64,000 nucleotides of DNA. Origin: Heterodontus francisci (lineage: Eukaryota). The translations under genes were made by a program, and so were the position numbers. Location of the stretch: contig NC_090372.1 of assembly GCF_036365525.1 (NCBI RefSeq), forward strand, positions 90,224,873 to 90,288,872, read 5' to 3'. The notes beneath the pieces were generated by a model. The model was given only the letters and a program-made list of their open reading frames with translations. It was not told the origin of the DNA and did no database searches. Positions 37,263 through 48,127 of the stretch are shown piece by piece. Each line of letters begins with the position of its first letter. Position 1 is the first letter of the stretch.

Positions 37263-37758
37263 TCATTATTTGTGGTTACACAACAGTACTTAATAATATT
37301 TGCTGCTATGTAATGGCATGATTACATTTGTTTAATGGGTGGGCTGTGACTAATTATTCTCCCTATTATTTGGCTAACCCCAAATAAATCCAGTATTATT
37401 GAAGAATAGATGGTGGGAGAATTTCCTGTGAATTAAGTGTAGCAAAATCATTCTCAATAATGAGCAGTGGCCATCTATGTACCTAGTTCTAGTCAGACCT
37501 TAGCTACATTTCCTATGTTACAACAGTGACAATACTTCAAAAAGTACTTTATTGGCTGTAAAATACCATGGGATGTCCTGAGATCATGAAAGGCACTTTA
37601 TAAATGCAAGTCCTTCCTTCAATAATCTTGGATGGAATCATTTCTGGTTAGCCAAATAATAGGGAGGAAAATTTGTTACAGCCCACCCATTAAACAAATG
37701 CAATCATGCCATTAAATAGGTAGAACTATTATTAAGTACTGTTCTGCACAAATAATGA
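37263..37758. repeat. Old imperfect inverted repeat (about 37263-37404 / 37617-37758), MITE-like
   Basis: For example GGCATGATTACATTTGTTTAATGGGTGGGCTGT pairs with ACAGCCCACCCATTAAACAAATGCAATCATGCC. Confidence 0.85.
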
Positions 37759-39000
37759 TTATATTGCTGCACTAAAAATAGTTATGCTACATAATACAAT
37801 ATTCTGCATGTATCTCAGGACCTGGGTGAATGTTTCCTCCAGAAAATAAGTTCACTTTACAGTCCTTTAATATGAAATAAAAATGCAAGCAAAAAAAAAT
37901 TATTTCCCAAGTCATCATATTCTTCTACTATCAACCTTTTATCCAGTGTAGAGACATTTCCCTTGGCTCAACCTCATGCTCAGTTATTGAGCTTTGAGCT
38001 AATGCTGCGACTGGTATGAAGACTGTTTGTTGGCGGCACTTTCCGTCTGGGAGCCTGGTATGGCCAACTGCACTGGAGCATATCCAAGCTGAGTGGATGA
38101 TTTCTCCATTGCTGCATTACCTGAAGGTTCTCAGGCAAGGTTTGCCAAAGAAACGTCATGGGCAGAAATACACAATGTGTGGCCTGGATCTGAGACACCA
38201 TGTTGACACAAGTGGCGACACACTGGCTCAATCCAGCCACATATTTATTCTATCCTGCCAATCTAAACTGCATGGAGCCTTGTAGAAGATCAGCTTCAGT
38301 ATGGAAAGAGATTAGCAGGGCAGGTTTTCTGTTGCTGACCTTTTTTTAAAGCCAGATGCTTAAGCCTCGGCATGGCTGACCCTGCAGAATTTCTGGTGTG
38401 AGTCCTAATTAAATGTTCACTCTGAACCCCTGATCAGTATTAGGGTTACCACTAGGAGTTTGTTTGATGAGGTGGGTGGGTTCTCCTGCAACTCTCAAAG
38501 GGACTGGAGAGGAGATTTAATTTTGCAATCAAAAATTGTATCGATTTTGGAAATACCACCAATGGCACAGCAACAGGCGGGAACCACATAGCTACAGATG
38601 TGGAGCTGTTGTTTCAGAAAGTGGACTAAAGGAGGGTTATCTGTTTTGGAATGTATCCTTCTGATAGGGGTGTGCAGCTAATTGTGTGGGAAATGTGGCA
38701 GAATAGTGAATGGTGTGACCAAATCCCAGGAAAACCAGACAGAAGTAAGAAGTCGGTTTTCTATCCTGAGAACTTTGCCAACATAATGCTACCAAGCATT
38801 TCCTTATACCAAGTAAATAGGCATGGAGTATGTATGCTATAAGGTGTTTCCTCACAACCTATCACACCTTGGCTGCTTTGCACGCAAACAACTAGGACAA
38901 CCGCATGTCTCTTTTATAACTTCACACAGACCCTACTGCACCTGCACATGTAACAATGCACCATTTATCCCATCCAATATTTCCCACTCTTCCTCCTTAA

Positions 39001-40465
39001 CTACGATGCTATCATTGCCCCTTCTTTTGTGAAGATATCCACAAAGTATTCATTCAGAACCTTATCCACATTCTTTGTCTCCTCACATAGGTTATCTTTT
39101 TGGTACCTAATCGGCCCTACTCTTTCTTTAGTTATCCTTTTGCTCTTCATGGACTTAAAAAACATCTTTGGATTCTCCTTGCTTTTACCTGCCAATATTT
39201 TTTCATGACCTCTCTTCGCTTTCCTAATTTCCCTTTTAATTTCACCCCTACACTTTCTGTACTCTTCTAGGCTTTCTGCAATATTAATCTCTCGGTATCT
39301 GACATAAGCTTTCTTTTTTTGCCTTATTTTAGTCTCAGTGCACCTCGTCATCCAGGCGGCTTTAGATCTGGCTGTCCCACCCTTTTTCCTTGTGGCAACA
39401 TATTTAACCTGAACCCTTTGAGTCCCCTTCTAGGATGCCTCCCATCGCTCTGACACCGATTTACCTTCAATGGCTGTTTCCAGTCCACTTTTGCCAAATC
39501 TCTTCTCAGCCTAGTAAGATTGGCCTTCCCTCAATTTAGAACCTTCACTTCTATCTAATCTTTGTCCTTTTCCATAGCTATGCTAACTTTAACTGAATTA
39601 TGATCATGACCACAAATATGTCCTCCCACTGCTACTCCTTCCACCTGCTCAACTTCATTCCCTATAACTAAATCCAGAATTGCTCCTGTCCTCTTGTTGG
39701 GCTTGCCACATACTGGCTAAAAGGTTTTCCTGATGCAATTTAGGAAATCTGTGGCCTCTGTGCCTTGACCGTATCCCAGTTAATGCTAGGGTAATTGAAA
39801 TCTGCCACGATTTCTGCTTTATTGATTTTACATTTGTCAGAAATTTGCCAAGAATTTGCTCTCCTATCTCCCTCAGACTGTTTGGACGTCTGCGTACATT
39901 CCCAGCAGTGTGATTGCCCATTTTTTGTTTCTTAGCTCAAAGCATATAGCCTCATTTGATTATCCCTCTAACATATCATCCCTTCTCACATCTGTAATTA
40001 TTTCTTTCATCAATATTACCACTCCGCCTCCTTTTTTATTCCCCTATCTCACCTTAAAACCTTGTAACCAGGAACGTTAAGCTGCCATTCCTGTCCCTTT
40101 CTAAGCCATGTTTCAGTAATAGCTGAAAAATCATACTTCCACGTGTCAATCTGTGCCCTCAGCTCATCTGCCTTATTCACTCTACTCCTTTAGATACTTA
40201 GGTATATATCATTAAGCACAACCAGACTCCTTTTTTGTCCGACGCTTGTTTGCTCTGCCTTCCAAACTTGCTTGCTAATTTTCTGCCTTTCATTTCCAGC
40301 TCTGCTTTTCTCCCTTCTGAATCTATGCTCACCTTCCCATCTCCCTGCCTCGCTAGTTTAAACCCTCCCCAACAGCACTAGCAAACCTGCCTGCAAGGAT
40401 ATTGGTCCCGGCCCTGTTGAGGTGCAACGCGTCCAGCCTGTACAGATCCAAACTTCCCCAAATAT
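39001..40465 (-). mobile_element. Old CR1 fragment (ORF1 end, EN, linker)
   Basis: ORF 39001-39351 (IRKAKRGHEK..KENPK..VLNEYF). ORF1/ORF2 junction GGGGAGGGTTTAAACTAG at 40370-40353. Confidence 0.85.
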
Positions 40466-41779
40466 GGTAAGCCTTAAGGGGGAAAAAAGGCTGTCATCTA
40501 AAAAGAATACCATATAAAGTGATAGATTCAACATTACAAATGAATGTGCAGATAAGCTATGTAAAACTGCAGCAGGGAACAGCTGAGCACTTTATGCATA
40601 TATGGGAGTACAATGTGATGATAACATTGGAACATTTTATTATGTTAAAGGTGCTATATAAATAAAAGTTGTTGCTGATGTTCAAGGGCAAGGAAGCTAA
40701 TCTTCTTCAACATAAGTTTTGTGGAACTATCAGAAGCAAAATGGAATTGGTTTAGCAACTATGGCAAAGCTTGTGGATATGAATACCTGTAGCATTGTCA
40801 ATCTGGCACTGATAGTGCAGGAGTTTTGCAATATTAGATTTGCAATATCAGGCCCACTGTGTGCATGGAACACACATGCCTAGAATTTCGTGCCTCTCAG
40901 CTGGGTTTAAACAAAGAGTTCTCATCCTTAAAGCTGAGTTATTTTTCAGGTGTGTTAAGCAACAATGCAGTTGCTGAATTATGGAGCAGCATGGACAAAC
41001 TGCTTCATTTCCTTCTGAAGTCCTGGAGACCCCTGCCGTGGGAGGAGGAGTGAAGGTTGGCAGAGAGGGATCTTTCATGAGCAGCGAGCAACCTTCCTAA
41101 AAAGACAGCAGTGTAAGTTGCGTGAAAGAAGATTACAGAAGCAATCAATGGGCTCGGCAAACCTGGGAGCAAATAAGAAATATGTTTTCGGATATCTGCA
41201 GACGTGGACTGTCCTTCACATACATGTACGCCACAAAATTCGACTCCTCAGCACCCGTTTTATTGGCTCCAAAATGGCATCCAGGGAACACAAGCACACA
41301 TTTCTGGTGCAAGCCGTGTTGGATGCCATTTTGGTGAGGATGTTAGCGTTCGCAAGGAGCATTCATAGGAATAATGCAGAATAGGCAGATCATGATGTCA
41401 ATCAACATGTAATGCTGATTTGACACCAGCACTTCCATGTGGAACTCAATGCTCCAATTGATGCCTTTACTTAAACAAACACAGCTGAACATGCATTCAG
41501 CCGCAGGAAGAACTCCCCACCAATTCTACTTAAAGGTATTATCAACTGCTTACAGGTTAGTTGCTGATTAATTACCACTGACTCTTGCTGCATTTATAGA
41601 AGTGTTTAGTGGTCTTTAGAGTTCTTTAGAATTGTGATACATGTTAAAGGACTTTGTCCTGACTTCAAGGATACTGCACAAACCAATTTCTCCCAGATGT
41701 CAGTGCAGTGTTTGCATTCCCTTTGGAATATAATATGACAAGGAGAATGAGCCGAGACGGTACTGAGCAGAACAAACTG

Positions 41780-42205
41780 CTGGAAGAGGGAGGAGGAGGA
41801 GGAGAAGAAATTCTCTCAGCAGGAGGCCATATCCACCCAGGGTGTTTATGGAGTAATTTCCCTACCTGAATCTCAGCAAGGAACAATGTGTAAGACATCG
41901 GCACTTCACTAAGAATATCCTCACTGAAATCTGCTACTGGCTGCAGCCACAATTGCAACCACAGAGCAAGGCAAGAACCGCTTTGTAGTCATTATGAAGG
42001 TGGACTGTGAACAGGTGAACTTTTATGTATCTTGCTTCTTCCAGGCTGGAGTGGGTGATATTTGCAACATCTTCTAGTTTGCTGTCCATTGTTGTATAAA
42101 GGGCTCATATTCCAAATGAAGCAGACAGAAGCAGGCAGAGTGAGCAGATGGCTTTGAGAGGAATGCAGGCTTCCTCAAGATGCAGGTTGCCATTAACTGC
42201 ACGCT
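41780..42205 (+). pseudogene. Harbinger transposase N-terminal remnant
   Basis: RRPYPPRVF..YLNLSKEQCVRH..TEICYWLQPQLQPQ...AINCT. Confidence 0.65.
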
Positions 42206-42219
42206 GCTTCCTGGGTCTC

Positions 42220-43329
42220 TCAGCTTACCTGGAGGTCCTGCTGTGGGATCTGAGAGGCTGCAGTGAGGTGAGATCTCCAAGGACGGGAGGAAGAGGACAA
42301 CTTCTCCAACCAAGAAGGCGAGGATAAAAGTGGCCGAGGATGCGAGCAGCAGAGGTGTGGTCCCTCCAACATGGTGACAGTGCACCGAGCATCCAGGACC
42401 TCAGGAGGGCGGGAAAGGTGTGACATCCCACATTCAGGCCCATCTGCTCCAATGGGAGGGAGGTCTTGTTCCAGGAGGCTGCAGATTTCAGCAGCGATCT
42501 GCCAAGAGAGCCTGAGCCTCCTGAGGCACTGGTGCTCAGACATGTGGACAAAGCTGACCCTCTGCCTGTAGACCCTGTTTTGGGGTTTCTCCTACTTCCA
42601 GCTGGATCTTGGTGGTCATCGCCTCTGCCCTGTGAAGGAGCATACTGCATGGAGAAGTCAGCTGGTGCTGCTGCCTGTATTGCTCCTGCTGCTGCTGGTA
42701 CTGTTGGTGGTCGTGTGGTTTCTGCTCTTGTCCCTCATCAGTGGGAGGCCTTCACAGGAGCAAGAGCCCCATGACAGCCTCAGACCACCACCACCACAAT
42801 TAGCCAAGTGGCGGGCAACCCTGTCATGCATGGGAAGCATGGCAGGAAAAAACGGGGTGGGTGTGGGCAGGGGGGGTCCCTAGTTAAAAAGCACTTAGTG
42901 CCTGAACAAGGGGCATGGCATCAGGAAGGGGAGGACCCACTGAGAGTCAACCCCCTACCCTTGCTACCGACCCCCTTACATCCCCTTCTCTCATGATCCC
43001 CACCCCGCGAGACCCCTCCCGCCCCACCCCACATGTGGCCTGGGTCCAGTGTCACTCCTGCGCCTTGGGTAGGTGCTCCATTGGCAGCATCCACCACCTC
43101 CACAGCAGCGCTGCTCAGTTAAAGAGCTTCCAGCCTCTGACTGGCCGGTAGCCTTCAGAGGGCGGGACTTCCATCATGGGGCTCGATCCTGTGAAGGCCT
43201 CCAACTGACCAGTTAAGAGACTAATTAGCACTTGATTCAGCAGACTTCCCAAAGAGGAGGTGCCACGGGGTTCTCGGTGTCGCTTTTGACAGACATCGAG
43301 ACCCCTGTCACCCAGATAAAATCTCAGCC
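42220..43329 (-). mobile_element. Harbinger element end (transposase pieces plus terminal region)
   Basis: MSEHQCLRRLRLSWQIAAEICSLLEQDL. Subterminal region similar to the MITE at 57900-58178. TIR-like TAAAATCTCAGCC ending 43329. Confidence 0.65.
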
Positions 43330-43670
43330 AACCTTTCAGGTTGATGACCTTTCATCAGAACTGGGATAAGTTAGAAATGTAATAGGTTTTAAGCAAGTGA
43401 AACGGGGGAGGGTGGAAAAAGAACAAAAGAGAAGGTCTGTGATAGGCTGGAAGACAGGAGAGATTAAATGACAAAAGAGTTGGTGGTGCAGGGCCAAAGG
43501 GAGTGGTAATGGGACAACAGCTGCCATCTGACAGAAAACCAAGAGAAAAACGAAAGTAAAACCAAAACCTGCAAAGAAAAAGGAAATAAAATGGAAGCAT
43601 AGATTATGGTCTGAAATTGTTGAACTTAATTTGAGCCCAGAAGGCTGGAAAATGCTTTATCGAAAGATGA
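43330..43670 (-). mobile_element. Penelope-like element 3' end with pLTR and hammerhead core
   Basis: Degenerate GIY-YIG tail IFR...QPSGL.IKFNNFRP* (one indel), then UTR ending CCCAGTT-CTGATGA-AAGGTCATCAACCT-GAAA. Confidence 0.75.
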
Positions 43671-43774
43671 ACTCACTCTCGTTTCTCTCTTTTGCTTTCA
43701 GACAGTAGCTGTGCATCATTCTGCCATTCACACCTCCTCCAGGCACATCTTTTGTTGTACTTGTTCCATATCCC

Positions 43775-44270
43775 TTCTGCCTGTGTCTTAACTCACACCA
43801 AGTCCCGTTCACCTATCACTCCTGTGCTCGTTGACATACATTGGCTCTTGGTCAAACAATATCTTGATTTTAAAAGTATCATCATTGTTTTCAGATCCCT
43901 CCACAGCATTTCCCCTCCTTACCTCTGTAATCTCCCTCAGCCCCACAACCCTCCGAGATAACTGCGCTCATCTATTTCTGGCCTTTTAAGCACCACCTAT
44001 TTTAATTACTCCACCATAGTTGGCTGCACCTTCAGTTGCCTGGGCCCTAAGCTCTGGAATACCCTACCTACATTTCTCTACCTCTCTACTTCACTTTCCT
44101 CCTTTAAGACACAACTTAAAACCTACCTCTTTGACCAAGCTTTTGGTCATCTGACCTAATATCGCCTCATGGGTATCAGTGTCAGATTTTGTTTTCTGAT
44201 GCTCCTGTTAAGCACCTTGGGACATTTTATTACATTAAAGGTGCTATCTAAATGTAAGTTATTGTTGAAA
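43775..44270 (+). mobile_element. L2-like LINE 3' end
   Basis: ACVLTHTKSRSPITPVLVDIHWL..DFK..PPYL. Tail AAGGTGCTATCTAAATGTAAGTTATTGTTG. Confidence 0.8.
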
Positions 44271-44302
44271 CAGCAACATGAGCTGATGAGCTTAGCATTC
44301 AG

Positions 44303-45200
44303 TGTCAGTGTCATGCTAGGCCCCCACCTGCCAAGAATGAGACACATTAGTTTTGTCATGAACATTGATTTTTAACTGTTACTGGAATGAAGAAGACTTG
44401 TTAAACAGATCAGTCATGGCTGGAAAAGGCATTTGCATATTAACAGACAGTGTTTGGAAGGACAAAGCAGCCATTCCTTGACATTCAACCCACAATGGAA
44501 TTTTGATCACCAGACATTGAAGGCGAGAGAGCTCGCATTCCAGGTTGACTGCTAAGATGACCGAATACACAAAAGGACATGGTCAAACCAGCTAGTCACA
44601 TGCCCTGCTGGGCAAGCTGAGTTCTTTGAATTTATACAAAACGTTTGGGCAGAAGCTGTTTGCTCCTGGACTGAGATGATCTCTCCTGTCTGCTCCATTC
44701 TCTTTCTCACAAGCCTCTGAATCCACTGAAGATACATGAACACCAAGAGAGAAAAGTCTCCTACAGCGAACAAGGTTTAAGAAGAACACTAGACCCCAAC
44801 GAAAAGCAAGATCTACCTACAATCAAGGACTCTACAGGGAGCTCGAAGAACTGTAACAACAACTCTTCAGATATTGCCTCAAACATTTCTACTTTATTTC
44901 TTCTGCTCTGTTCTCTCTCTATCTACATGTGTCTATCGTGTATGCATGCTAGCGTAGGCACGTCGTATATCCGTTGGCGTCAACCGAATTACAGTTTAAG
45001 TTTAAGTTTAATAAATTTCTACTTTTCTTCTTTAAACCTAAGAAAGCCTGTTTGTGCAGGTTTCTTTGCCTTATATTTGGAAAGCGGTGAACAAGGATTC
45101 ACCAAGTGGGAGCTAAAAACATGGTGTGTTTAAAATTAAACCCTGTTACAGTAAGACCAGGCGAAGGCTGAAAGGGCCTTTTTCTCATCTGGTCATAACA
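44303..45200 (+). mobile_element. Solo-LTR-like element, family A, complete
   Basis: Consensus start TGTCATG at 44309, end CATAACA at 45200. TTCAG at 44298-44302 and 45201-45205. AATAAA at about 45010. Confidence 0.85.
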
Positions 45201-46524
45201 TTCAGTGACAGCTGAACTGTGCTAACTATTGCTTTTCATTGGTATCCTTAGAACCAGCAAGCCACAATCAGGGACAGGAAGCAGCTAAGGACAAGGTACT
45301 AGAACATTAAAATCTGATGCTAGGTGCAGAACCTCACCCTCCCCATCACTTTCATTCAGCAGCCCAGATAGTCTTTGGGGATAATCCTGATAACTATTTA
45401 TCCTTCATACTCAGTAATATGCCTTTAAAAGTGTTCCACTTATCCTTTACTGAAAATGTTGTTGAACAATCTCAATTTTATTTTATTCCTTCATTTATTT
45501 GAGGTTAGCCTTTTTAACATTTCAGGTAGGAGGTAGGAATGACATTTGGGCATGACTAGCTGCACCCCCAATGGGTTCACACTAGCCAGCATTTTAACTC
45601 ATGATTTTTCAGCAGCATTGAGGCTGCCCACCACAGGATACTGGGGGCCCCAGTAATATTGAAATGTCAAATCAGAGGAGGCAGAAGGTCTGAAAGAGGG
45701 AACCCAAGTCCAGAAACAGGCTAAAGATGGGGTAAATTATTATTTTAATTCTCTTCCTATCTTTTGGCCACTCCTCTTAATACCGGGGCCTTCCCTCTAT
45801 TGAAGTAGAAACCTATGACTGCTGTGAGCAAATGTAGGATCTACTGGGTGTAGTAAAGATGAGCTGAGCCGAATTCCTGAGGTAGTCTTGAGATGTCCAC
45901 AGATATGCCTCCAAAGCGGGATTGTAATGGGGCAGGTCTAAGAAGTGTACACCTCCCTGCACAATTTCTTGGAGAAAATAAGAAGAGTACGAACCTACCA
46001 GATTTATGTCCCACCAACCAGAATTTCTACTCTTTTATTTCTAAGGCTTCTATCATTTGTGAATATACAAGCATACCAACAGGACTCCTGCTCTGTTGTT
46101 CATGGTGAATTGGAAGTCTTATAAAAGACAGGAGAATTATGCCAAGCAGTATTACCTGGGATGAAGATAAATCAGCATTAAGTCAGCTCAGAGATCTGAG
46201 AGTACTTGGATAGGGGAATTGAGGTGTGACTGTACTGGGATGCAATCTTTGGACCTAGCAGTACTTTGAGGTTGTCCTAGGATCTGGCGCCCTGGGTTTC
46301 AGTAACAATAAACAGAAACATTCTACCTGGGATCTGGGAGAATATGGGTAAATCCAGGATCAATGAGCATTCAGAATTTGGTTTAGAGGTTTGTAGGCAC
46401 AAGGGGTTTCTGGGAGTGGGAAGGGTAATTCTGGGTTGGGAAGGGGCCATGGTTCTAAGCTGTAGCTGAGCTGCCATGGGGCATTTGGAGCATTGTGCAG
46501 GGTGGTGTGGTGAGCAGAGTCTGT

Positions 46525-48127
46525 TGGAATGAGGAGGTTGTTGGGAATTGGAGGGGACAGAGTCTCAGAGGTCTGTGGGTGAATGGGGCACAGGAGGCTA
46601 GGTAACAAACTGCCCTTGGACCATCAAATAACATGTTCCCACCATCATTAAAAATTGTTGGGCTATCTCCATCCTGGAAGCCAGCCAAATTGACAGCCTG
46701 GCTGGCTCCCAGTTGGGAGGGAAAACTAGCATCAGGAGGATCAGGAGGTCTCAGCAGAGGACCCGTGGGGACCTAGCCCTTTATCATCGAGCCAGTGAGC
46801 TCTGGAAAATGACAGCAGGCTGGAAGATCAGGACACAGGGCTTCCAGCAGCGACCCTCAAGAAAGCAATTAAAGGAACAAAGGGATCAATCAGGAAAGGG
46901 GGCAATTAGATCAAGAGGTAGCAGTGGCCTTGGGGGAGGTAGCAGTCTGTATTCTTTGAATGTGGGGATTGGGGGAATCACTCTTGGTCCTCTCAGCTCC
47001 AGCTGCAGGTAAGTATATTTTAAAATCTTACTTTGTTGATTGTGACTAACATGTGTTTGCATGTACACATGGTTTTCCTGAGTGCAGCTGCTGCCAGTTG
47101 CCTCAGGGAAAAATCATTTCTACAGAGGTGACATCAAACAGACATTAGGTGCCTTATTTGCACATGCAAAGTGCCGAAGGCCTGTTGAAGGCACAGGCAC
47201 TTCACACCAATTTTCTGACCTTTACGAGTATGGTAGGCTCCTCATTAAGAGCCTGCACTTCCTGCCCACCACATTGGAAGGCTAAGGAGGCCATTTAATG
47301 ATGGGAAAACAGATTCTGCTGCATGCCTCAGTTTCTAGGCCCACAACTTTTATTAAGTTTTCCTTGTAAAATGTTTTATCACTATCTCTCCCCACCCTGT
47401 GTCAACAGACATTGTTGCATGTACATTTACTGCCTTCATTGTAGTATCTTGAATCACTTACAAAAATTGCATTTTTATAGTGCTTCTCATAGAAAATAGA
47501 AGACCATTTTAGTGCATCGTGCAAGGAAGAAAAGGATGCTAAGCAGAAGATGATAGGAGTTACGAACAGAAAGACTGTTGAAGAGTTAGATTTTTAAATG
47601 ATTTTTGAAGAAAGGGAGAAAGAGTCAGCAGGATAAATTGGTGAGTTTCCAAAATCAGGAGTATGCTGTTTGAAAGTTGAGTCATTAACAGAGGCAATGT
47701 ATAATTTTGAATAGTTGGAGAAGTGGCCACTGGTAGCAACTACAAATCATCCTTCTGGGATCAATGGCTATTTGTCTTTTGAACCTTATGCCCCAATATA
47801 GGCAACTTTAAAGATTGAAAGATCAGTGTGAAGGTGGGCAGTCTTTCAATATGTGCTGTCAGTATGTACCCTGAGTGTAAAAGCAACCAATTTACTCTTA
47901 AATGCTTTGAAACCAGGAATCTAAGCATATGGACTGCTATCAGTGCAAGGGTTGGGTGCAAAAGGGACTGTGGATGGATTACAAAAGAAGGTTGATGGAT
48001 GGAAACATGGTGGGCACATGTTATTTAATGGTCCAAGGGCAGTTTGTTACCTAGCCTCCTGTGCCCCGTTCACCCACAGACCTCCGAGACTCTGTCTCCT
48101 CCAATTCCCATCAACCTCCTCATACCA
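46525..48127. repeat. 121-bp inverted repeat (46525-46645 / 48007-48127)
   Basis: Arms about 90% identical by eye. The ORF track shows the same peptide (GPRAVCYLASCAPFTHRP) on both strands. Confidence 0.9.
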
